A stretch of DNA of 64,000 nt from Raillietiella orientalis (Eukaryota). Shown here piece by piece: positions 38,801 through 49,400 of this stretch (the first letter of the stretch is position 1; every line of letters starts with the position of its first letter). The position numbers were made by a program, and so were the translations under genes. The DNA is taken from assembly GCA_036172245.1 (NCBI GenBank), contig JAYWIR010000015.1, positions 2,976,001 to 3,040,000 of the forward strand, read 5' to 3'. The notes below the pieces were generated by a model that was not told where the DNA came from, did not search any database, and saw only the letters and a list, made by a program, of their open reading frames with translations.

Positions 38801-41800
38801 CGGGAACGGGAGAGCCGGCGAGGTGGTCTGGACCGCCTTGGCTGCCATCGGCCACTCCTAGGGAGGACAGTCAACCCATCGAGCTGTAGGGGAAGCGACT
38901 AAAACAGACGGCGGGATGCGTCCCCCATTTCGCCCGATAGCCATCGTTCTGCCCTTAAGGGGGTTGGAAAGGAGGCCCTCGCCTCGGAAGGGCGAACCGG
39001 AGGCCGCGGGGGGTCGTCGTCCTCGGTGGGAAAGAGGCGGAACGGAACTCAGCGAGCATCCTCCCCGGAGCAGACCCCGATCCGTGTTCCCGTGGAAAGA
39101 GCCGCCATCTGTCCCAATGGACCCGGACGGGGGCGATGAGGATACCTTGCACCCGTTCCTCCTCTCCCCTCCCTTTCTCATAGCAACCGCGCCCCACACT
39201 GCCGCTTCCTTAGGGTGCAGCTGCTCCAGGCTCTCTGGGCGACCCTCGGTGTCCCCATTAGAAGGTCGCCTGGGGTATTGGAAGAGTCACTCTCCCCTTC
39301 TTCCATCCTGCCCTTTGCCGGAGCTTCCGGAAAAGGGTAGAATGGAAGAAGGAATCCCCCGAGAAATTCCCCGAGGGGCGAGGGAGAAGTTCCTTTGCCC
39401 AACCTCGAGGGTAGGTGTCCCTTGAGAAGGCGGTGTCCCGGCAGGGAGCTTCGAGAGCATTGGAGGGGGTTCCCGGAGGGACCCGCTCCCTCTCCCGGAC
39501 TCAAGAGCTCCTCCTCCTTTCTTTCCCTCCCCTCTTCCCATCAGAAGAACAAGCCGTGCGCGCGTCTTGAGCCTCTGGGAAGGGAGAAGGGAGAGCGCGG
39601 GAGTACATCCTGGATCTTGTTCCAGCCTGCCCTCCCTTGACTCCGCGGGGTGCCGCAGTCCAAGAGGGAAGGGGGGCCGATAGGAGAACAGGAGGAAGAA
39701 GTCCTCTGGGACAGGAAAGGGGGAGTGCATCGGGGAAGACCACCCCTTTTTGGTATCCTGCCGGGAGCGGTGCGAAGGCTCTGGGAGTCACCTGTTGGGG
39801 GGACACCCAGCAGGGCCTCGAAACGTCTGTCCGTTCCGTGCAGTCCCCGGGAATTTTTCTCGGGTGCGGCGCACTGGAAGATCCTAGGAAGAGTGGGGAC
39901 TGGAAGTCAGTCGCTCCTCCTTTCTCGAGAGCCTTTGGGAGTCTTCCTGTGGGGTGGCACTCGTCCTTGCCCCTTCCTGCATCTGAGGGTACTCCCCATT
40001 CTTCTTTCCCTCCCCTGGAGAGACCCCGGAGGACGGATACTGGGAAAAGGGGTGGGAGACTCTGACTTAGCTCGCGTTTCCAAGAGCAACGGCAAACCTC
40101 GTGGGTGGGGAGGGGTGTTTGGGTGGGGGGAAGTGCAGGGATCTCGGCAGCCACGCTACCCTCGCTATGACCCGTCGTATTGACAGCAACGCATCCCAAG
40201 GGCCGAGGGCAGCGAGCAATCACTCAGCCGAAGGTTGCTTCCGGGGAAGTTGGGGGTCTCCTCCGAGCGCCCTTAAGGGAGGGGGGACTCCAGCCCGCCC
40301 TTCTTCCCGCTCGGGCGCGCGCCGTCATGCTCCAGGGATCATTCGGCTCGGAAAGAGAAAGGTCGCGCGGAGTTCGTTTCCAAGGCGATGCCTCTGGCGC
40401 ACCTCCTGAAGACGGACGACGGCGGTTGCTTGGCAGGAGCAGATCCCCCGGCGACCTCTCTTGCAGGGGGTCCTCTCTCCCTGAGGATGCCCTGCCCTCT
40501 GGTCGCTATGGTCCGGGGAACAAGCTCGCACGAGGGGCGGGTTGCATGCTAGAGTCAAGAAGCTCCCTCCTTCCCTCCGAAGGCAGGAGCAGAGGGAAAA
40601 GGGGGGAAGAGGACGGGCGGGAGGGATGGGGAAGCGTCCCAGACCAAGCAGTCTCTCTCACGGACTCCTTCGGCCTCTGGGGCGAGGAGGCAGACGCTGC
40701 GCGCTCCGGCACGGACGGGTCAGGGCCGCCGTCGACTTCCGTGTTTCCCCGGTTGCCATGGGAAAACCTGCGCGGCAGCAGCTTCTCCGGCTCCCGGTCG
40801 GGCTGCTGCGGTGCCTGCAGTTTTGTTCCTTCTTTCCTCGAGATGATGAGCATGGACGACTACTGGAGCGTCCAGGAGGAGGGGAGAGGGGGGGGGGGAG
40901 GAAGGAAGAAAAGAAAAAAAAAGGGAAGAGGAAAGACTGTTTGTGGAGTGCGCACGCGCGCGCGCTCCCCGGTTGTCCTCCTGACTCAGCGACTTTCGCT
41001 CGCGCAAGCAGGCTGGAACAAAAAAGGGAGGGGGGGGGGAGAGAAATAAAAAATAAAATAAAAATAAAAAAACGGAGGCGCTCCTGGCGGCGGTTCGCGC
41101 GCGCGCGCGACGTCGTGCCGCTTCGCTCGGGGAGAGCGGAGCCTCCCGCGAGCGAGCACCATCACGGGCGCTTCAGCAGCATCTCGAGTAGGAGAAACGG
41201 GAAGAAAGGGGTCGGGGGGAGGGGGGGGGGACCAGCACTCGCCTGGACGCAGCGTTGCGGCCGGCGGCCGAAATCTACCGAGACTGGGCGCCCGCACCAG
41301 CTGCTGCCGGCACCTACCCCCTCGGGCGACCTGTGCCCCTTCGCAGCTCCGATCGCCTCCAGCTCGGCTTTGCCGACTCCACCCCTCCCGCGAGTTCTGG
41401 CGGGTAGCCTGCTTCTCCCGGGAGGGCCACCGCAGGCGGCTGGCTCTCCCCGCGAGCCTTCATCCTCCTCCTCTTCACGCGGTCCTCGGCGGCGACAGAA
41501 GGCAGGCAGGGGGTGGGTCCCAAGGATGCGGAAGGAGAGGGAAGAAGGATATGCGTTCGCCCTTCCTTTTTTCGCTAGGATCTGCCGATCAGATGTTTCC
41601 CCGGTGTCTGTCCGCTTGACCGTCCGCGCTACCGGGACGTTGCAGGACGTAGCCAGCAGCCTTTGCCATAGGCCAGGGAGGGCAGGAAGGGTGTGTGAGG
41701 ATGGAGAACATTCCAGAAGGGGGAGGAAAGGGGTCTCCGCAGCTTGCTGGACACCGGAGCTTGCGGCTGCATCCAGTCGGCAAGGAGGGCGCAGGGAAGC

Positions 41801-41842
41801 ATAGCAGAATCTCCGTTGCCAGGGAAATGAGGGCACAAGTCA

Positions 41843-41940
41843 CCTCATGAGGGGTGGGAGGGAGGGACCTCCAAGGACTAGGCAGCTCTCCTCCGAAAGG
41901 GGAGGCCCTGTCTCTTCCTCTCCCAGTTGTGGGAGTCTCT
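41843..41940. repeat. about 100-bp diverged direct repeat, copy 1
   Basis: cctcatgagg...actaggcagctctcctccgaaag...tctcttcctc...ccagttgtgggagtctct also occurs at 43669-43768. Confidence 0.9.
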
Positions 41941-43668
41941 GGGCGGACGGGATGGTCGGAAGGACGAACCTGCCCCGTCACGTGACAACCGTCCGATCCG
42001 CTCCACCCTGCTTCGGGAATCTTGGGAGCCCCGGCGGTCGCATCGCAGCTAACCCGGGAAAAGTTTTCCTCTTCCCAATGCCCCCCTGCAGGCTGATACT
42101 GCTCTCTTCCCCGGGAGATCTCGAGGATGCCTGGGCGGCATCTTGGAGATGCTCCGTCTCAAACCTGGGCACTCCGTGGCGCTTCCCTGGAAGGAGAGGA
42201 TAGAGAAGGTCCTCCTCTTTCGAGAGACGGAGGTCATCCAGGGGGCGATGCACGAGTGAAACAAACCCGCTTCCGTGTGAGGGTGCTCCAGCCGGAGGCA
42301 GGGTCGCCAAGTAACCTGCCAGAGGTGATCTTCGGCGGCGAGCAGGGAAAGAGGCGAAGCGATTCCCGACCGGATCTTTCAGGATCCTGAAAGGCCAGTA
42401 TAGGCGCGAGAGGGACCTGATGTTCCTGACACGCGGCTGTGGGAGGTAGGAGGTGGAAGGAGGGGCCAGCAGGACCGAAAACGGGTGGAGAAACGGGAGG
42501 CGGGGGATACCCTGTCCCGGAGCGATCCCACGGGTGCCGCGCGCGATTCCTCCTCGCGGGGGAATGATCCGAGCAGCCTCTCCGGGGGGGGACGGGAGGT
42601 GCAAATAAAGAAGCTGCAGACGGAGGGGATGGAAGGGTGAGTGCCCCCCTTCCCAGTCATTGCGACAAGCCGATGGAAGGAGGGCGCGGAAGCGGCATGG
42701 CGGAAGGAGGGAGCGGGTTCCCCCTGGCAACCTACGCGCCGGCGCCGGTCGACGAGTGAAATTCCTGGCCAGGTCGACGCTTTGTGCCCAACCAGTCAGG
42801 CGTGATGGTGGGTTTGAGAGGATCGAAGTTTCCAGAACGGAAGGCAACTGGCAGGCCGCACGAGGGTCGAGGAAGCCAGCGCGGCGGCATGCGCCCGGAA
42901 TCGAAATGAAAGTAGGAACACGTGTACACGTGTGCGTGCACGTGTGCGCAATAAGGGCAGGAAGGAGGGAGGGGGGGAAGAATGCACAGTGAGAGGGCTG
43001 GTCTGGGGCGGGTGGCTGGGGGGAAGACGTAGCGACTGGCGGAGGTCACCGCCGTCAAGGAAGACAGAGAGGACTTCCTTGAGTCGCTTCTAGGGTCGTC
43101 TTCCACGAGTCTGGAAGCACTAGGTGAAGGGGAGCTCCCGTTTTGCAGAAAACTCTGCCGTAAGCCGTAGTATTCCTGCTCTGGAGCAGCGATCTGGACA
43201 CTGGCTCATTCAGCTGTCTGATAGGGAAGGAGCAGGAGTGGGAAGGGGACTTCCTCCCCAGATAGCGTTCCTCGGACCTCCCACTCGTCAGAATGTACCT
43301 CTGGCCAGTTGGACGCTCATGCCTCGAGGCCTTGCCTCATCTGAGGCTTGGAAAGAACTTCCCCTCGAAATGGAAATGCAGTTTCGACCCTCGTCCAGCT
43401 CCTGAGAGATGACGTCCTCCTACTAAGAAGATGGCGGTCTCCCTGGTCACGACCACGACGCGTTCCAGATGCACTTCTTTGTGGGACGTCTCAAGGATGC
43501 TTCCAGCCATCCACCCAAAAAGACAGCAACACTGTGACTGTGTTTTTGAGAATGTTGCAGCCGGCTCCTGGTTCGAGACGAGGACTGCTGCATCTTACGG
43601 GAATGATTTGTGCGATCTTCCTCTCTGGCAAACTTCTGAGCCAGGGAGGATGAACTCACGTGCCGCCG

Positions 43669-43768
43669 CCTCATGAGGGATGGGAGGAAGGGACTCCCGA
43701 GTACTAGGCAGCTCTCCTCCGAAAGAAGGGCTCCTATCTCTTCCTCCCTACCAGTTGTGGGAGTCTCT
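43669..43768. repeat. about 100-bp diverged direct repeat, copy 2
   Basis: Shares the same anchor blocks as 41843-41940 and ends at the GC-rich to AT-rich transition. Confidence 0.9.
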
Positions 43769-46267
43769 CGCTCTTGGATTATTTTTGTTTCGATTCTGCA
43801 ACTGCGTGAATTACGCAGCCTCGGGGCTGCATTTCCGTAGTCACTCTACTTGAATTTCAGATTGTCTTATCAGCATAGTCTTTCGACAGTGAACCCTCCC
43901 CCTCCCCCAGAGTTCATACTTAGCGAACCTTAATGTGGTTTCCTCCTTTAGCAGGTCCGAAAGATTAGGTTGCTAGTAACTCAGGAATTTACTATCAAGT
44001 GTACCCACTTTTTAGGAAAGGGTTCGAAAAAATCCTAGTCGAGTCCTTAACCCTTCGAGCATCACCTCTAATGACAGTAAGAATTGCTGTTGGCACCATC
44101 GCCATCTGCGAATTAAATAGATTAAATTCCGTCTTGAGATGCAAGGATGACATTTGGTTATCGCCACATTAAGATGACATCTCAGTGTTTTGAGGTGTCT
44201 GCACAGTACGGATCAATACTTTCAATTTTGGCTTTTATGCCTGCTTTCGAATTTGACCGGCTGCTCCTTCGTTTCTCAAACGCTCAATTTAGAAGCTACT
44301 GTTCCCGCTAAAAGTAGGCAGTTGAAACTGCCTTGTTGTCCTTTAGGTGCATCCATTGCAATCATTTTGAGGTGTGGTAATTTTTACCACTCAGTAATGA
44401 ATGTAAAAGCGACAATCACCATAAGCACAGAGAAGTTTAGTGCAGTTTTATTCCGTGATTCTCCTTTCTCACTTTATTAACCCGACATTTTATAAAAGCT
44501 TATCATCGAGCATTTATTTCGAAGGTACGTCTTCCTGTGATCATGCTCCTTAATCTCCTACGTTGTGAATGGTTTCCACCTTCTTTGATTGCATGCATGT
44601 GAATCAGAATTTGGAGTCGCTCACACAAACTTACTAACAAGTGATTTGCAGCGTAGTCTGTGCTTCTCAAATAAGTGAAACACTCTGGGAATGAATAAAA
44701 ATGTCCTAAAAAGTATCAAAATTCAGTCTCTACAAACTTTCACTTTGAAGTAAAAGGCAATGCCTTCAGCAACCGTCTCGAAACAGGATCTAGGAGTTTT
44801 AAACGTATATTCTGATTAGGCATCCGAGTTTTGTGGAACATGATTTCCAACTAACCTGAACCTCGGAAATACTCCATGTGAGCCTTAAAAATCTGAAATT
44901 AAGTAAAAGGGTCTTCCACAGAAATAATGGAGGTTAATATCTGTCAAATAACGTAGCAGAGTTCGAACCATCTTTCCTTTAGCGGAGCCTCGATTCATTC
45001 CTTGAATCGTGAAGAAATGCAGGAATCTATCTATAATATGAGGAAATTGCATTCCCGGAATCAAGCGCTGAGAAAAGAAAAAAAATTCAAAAAGAACGAG
45101 TAGTATTAAGATCGATTTTTGATGTCGAAACGTGATCACAGAAGGCCACGAATGTAGCGAAACTCCACACGACGCATCAGTGCACACACAATGGAACAAA
45201 ATATCTGCTCCTTGAGAAATCACATACACATTGATGTGTAGCTTTCAAAAGAGGAGGTTCTGGTTTTAATGATCAAAAGATTATTTCAATTTGCGGCCAA
45301 GTTTTCTGGACGTACAAACCTTCATCAAACCTTCAGTATGATTTCAGACTCCATTAAAGCCAGGCCACCCATGCAAATTATATGAATATCCTGAAATTTG
45401 TAGGGGGAAAAAAAAAACGAAAGAAAGAAAGAAGGAAAAATTTCAATGCATATAGATTGTTTGTTTTCCTTGGTACATGCAGCGAGTTCAAAATGTACAA
45501 AGACCAAATTGCCGGTTTGTTATACGTATCACATTTTAAGTGTCCGCAGCGGTTTTGCAAGCTTCCTTTCGAGGAAAGAGTCTGCCACGGCCTCCGTGTG
45601 GTTGTGGGAAATACGCCAGCAAGGAATAATTACGTAAATACAAATATGTAGGAACGATTATACAGAAGAATGATCATTTGCCACCTGTCGGTTTCGAAAC
45701 CAAAGAATGCCATCGTGCCAAATTTATAAAACTGAAGCCTGTTTGGAATCGATCCCCAATAGACTCACATTCATTAAACACCATGAATATCGGTACATAA
45801 ATGATGGTACCTGTAAATCCTTTTTAATTTACATGGCCATTTTTTTCTTCTGTTGTTTGGAAGAGGTAAAAGAAGTACAAGTAGCTTGCAAGCTTTAGAT
45901 GAAACTTGTGTCAAAACAACAGAAGCAAAAAAACTGCTGAATTGAAAGACTGAATTGTTCTCTGCCATGCTTACAAAAAAAAAAAAAAAAAAAAAGGAAA
46001 AAGAAAAGTCAGTCTACCCTCATCGGTAAAATATGTTTTTTTTTGCAGGACAGTCCTGGAATTTAAAGAGCTGCTGTGAACTTGTCGATGGAGTGGACAG
46101 GGACATCATCATTTACCCCGTGTGTGTGTCCTTTAAGCAGCCTGGGTGGAAATCCCAGTTTCTGTTTTCCACGAAGTGGAACGAGCGAGATTCCTGGATC
46201 CAGAGGAATATGTCTTACAACATATAATGCGTTCAATCAGTGACCTGCTTATAGTGCCATTTCAGTC

Positions 46268-46402
46268 ATGGCTACGTTGGAAGTCGGAAGGTCGTACAGC
46301 TTATCAGCTGAGAAAAGTTTGAACAAAAATGAACGAACCCTAATTTTTGTAAAACTGACCGATTCCGCACTCAAGGCATTAGAGGACTATAATTACCATA
46401 AG
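46268..46402 (+). CDS. ELL: ELL coding exon 1
   Basis: MATLEVGRSYSLSAEKSLNKNERTLIFVKLTDSALKALEDYNYHK, donor gtaagc. Confidence 0.93.
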
Positions 46403-49400
46403 GTAAGCAAATCGAATTGGGAGAATCGGTAAGAAAAAAAAGAAAAAAAATATTTTTGTGAGAAAAAAAAAAAAAAAAAAAAAAAAAAAGAAGCATTGCA
46501 GTGCTCAGTGGTTTGTGGTTCAGTTTCCAAGACTGATAGGTTTGAATATGCCTCAGTTTGAACAAGATATTTATTTATGTTGCCTTTAAGAATGTTTGGC
46601 TGCATGTACGATTCATGAATGGTGTCAGCATTTGGTTGTAACAGGGTGGACTAAGATTGAAGCGAATTTGACAAAATTTCAATAACGGTTGTGTTTTCTG
46701 CACACTGTAGTGCTCCTGTTTGATTTATTTTGATAGTTTGTGTAATCATATACAATAAAACCTCATGTTTCCGGAAATTCATATTTCATTTGTGCAAAGG
46801 TAGTTTTAGACAGTTCATATTATTGGATTGTTGTAGTGAAATGCAAGGCACTAAAAAGAAATTCAGTTTTCAATTTGCATTCAAGTTGCCAGCAAAAATG
46901 CACAAATTTTGGGTATATTTTACATGCTGGTCACTAAATTTTTGAGGTTTAAAAAGAAAAAAAAAAATGGAAGACAGTGTTTCTAACAACATGATACATT
47001 TGCTTAATTTTAATTATTGCGTAAAGCACATAAAATTGTTTTGAAGTGTAAGGTAGTTATTTGATTTAGACTTCATTTTTCTGTTCCCTGCATGCAATTT
47101 TATGTGAAATTGAAAGTTTATCTAATTGTTCATCAAGGTAAAGTCATTCAAATGGTGCTTTAGTGGCAATGAGCGTATGATGATGATTAGAAATTATCGC
47201 CAAAGAAAAACGGTTAGGAATTGATCATGTTTTTATGTATCTAAGTCTTAAACCATACTGAACTAGATGATTAGTGGTTTGAATCACATTTAACATTTTC
47301 ATAATTTTGTAACTGGAGTAAATCATCAAACAGATCAGACCCTGAAATTCAAGTTTGAAGGTTTGCAGTTTGCAATATTGAATGCATCTGGTCCCTGCTG
47401 TTTTATCATTCCATATGTGTTGCCTTTAATTTTGTACCACCGTTTTCTTGCTTAAGTGTTATGCATATATTAAAAACTATTGATTATTTAATCAATTTAT
47501 GAAATCTTTAGGTTAACAGACGAACTTGATGGTGGAAGTGATGTAAATGTTAGAAGGAATTGATATCTTTTTCTTTAATTTTTTTGTCAGTTATTCTCTC
47601 ATTTGTAGATACTTATGAAATCTTGATTCATGATTCTTGAGGCTGTTTGAATGCCTATCAAGTTTCTTGGATTGTAGACCAGCCAGGTTGTTGAAATGGG
47701 CTAACAGGTGTTTGTTGCATAATGTTAATTGCAATAAGAAATATATAATATAAGCAATATGTAATTATGTTCAAAAAGTTACTGTTTGTGTGCATCTTTA
47801 TTGCGTACTGTGCATTGAACCGCATGCTTTTCAGGATATGCAAACAGACCTGCCCAGATTCCAGATTAGTGGCAATGAAGGAGTAAGTACACTGATACTG
47901 ATTAGATGCATTAAGTTTTGTTGGGTTATTTTTGTAAAATTATACAATCAAATGATTGTGGTTGTGTAAAGAAAGCTTACCTATTGCAGATTTGGGTGTG
48001 CGGTGGATATTTGGGTATTGGTTTTGTATAGCTAGTTTTATACTTATGGGTTATCACAATTCATCCAAGTTTCTCACAGGTGACATGAAAGTGAGAGACA
48101 GATGCATGAAAATATAGTTAGTTCTGTGTTTAACTGTGGTATGTTATTGATGTTTCGCTTTTTATGGAATTTCGATATCAGTGTTTCCTTGCTTGTTTTT
48201 GAGGTATTTATCTTTTTTTTGAGAATGGCCCCATTGTAAAAATGCTTAGATCTGCCAACCATCAAGGGAAGCATTTCTTACTTGTGGTAATGGCTCATTT
48301 GTAGTCCATCTCACTAGAGTGAAAATTTCTAAAATTTAGAATTAGCCCCCGTTTTGGTGGATGTTTATTTTTTTTAAAGAAATGAGACTTCTGTGTATGC
48401 GTTTCCCTACAGTATTTCAAAGCATATGATCAAGGAAAAAAAAAAGCATATGCTTGGAAGTTGCTGTAATTCATTGTATTCATTACTGACTGTTTATTTC
48501 TTTCCATATGTTTAAAATTCTTGTTCCACAAACTCGCAAGTGATAATTGCGGTTCTGAGACACCAGTTAAATTGGTAGTTTCGAAAATTCCACGTTTGAA
48601 ACCAGTTATCCCATGAAGTGCACACTTGGGTTTTGGTCGATACCAATAGAATTAATAATATCGGGATGCATTTCGTCTGTGATGTTTGCGTATATACAGC
48701 TGTGGTGCTCGCGCCCGCATCCGTATTATGTATACTTTTGTCATAATGTCATGTACATTTTTCTCAAGATGACGAGTGCACGTTGTATATCGTCCATATG
48801 GCTTTAGAACACACTAATTCGTAAGAAACGACGCATTTATGTATTTAGTGTGCCATAGGCATTTCATAAATTCGAAAAACATGTTCGTGGAATTGGTAAT
48901 GGCATTTACCAGCTACCGATAATTGCACACAAGGTCATCAATTGGTTTTCGATTTACCTGGTATGCCTTCAGTGTAGCAACTGTGCCAACCCAGCGTTTT
49001 ATAGAAAGTAGGTTATGCTTACACGTCAGTATACTATTTTGTATTTTAATACTTTGTAGCTTGATTTTCAAGAGTTTCTCAGCCTCAGGTTCGTTGAAAA
49101 CTGACTCTCTGGGATCATTCTCGTATTAGGTGAGAAATACACACATGCACGCATGCTTTTCCGTGTGAGGTTTCGGTCGTTCAAAAGATCCAAGTCCGAT
49201 GATGCACAGTTTCCATCCACAAAAAGCGTTTCTCAAGTGTTCAAACCAGAACGATCTCGGTTCCAGCGGTTAGCACTTTTCACATCTGTAAACACGTAAA
49301 TTCAAAATTTCTCGAATCCCGATCCCTTGCGCGTGTTTCACGAATGCTTTCGAACATCTTTGAAAATTATTTGCGCGTTTGCTCCTGCACGTGTCTTCTG

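Noticed and set aside
40542..41804. 420-aa ORF, and similar long ORFs at 18872-19972, 17372-18256, 27394-28275 and 62740-63861
   Set aside because: Arg/Gly/Pro/Ser-rich, open in several overlapping frames, running through homopolymers and microsatellites, with no recognisable domain. Expected in GC-rich non-coding DNA.
40315..42905. Peptide ARRHAPGI shared by ORFs 40101-40409 and 42660-42992, with only third-position differences
   Set aside because: Eight mostly common residues with no flanking similarity; compatible with chance in GC-rich six-frame translations.
43802..43830. Two overlapping hairpins ctgcgt-gaatt-acgcag and gcagcc-tcgg-ggctgc
   Set aside because: Short stems of about 6 bp with no family context; too common to support a call.
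48080..48090. Possible 11-nt microexon (ctcacag|GTGACATGAAA|gtgaga) in ELL intron 2
   Set aside because: It would break the frame and is not needed to build ELL; such pairs arise by chance.
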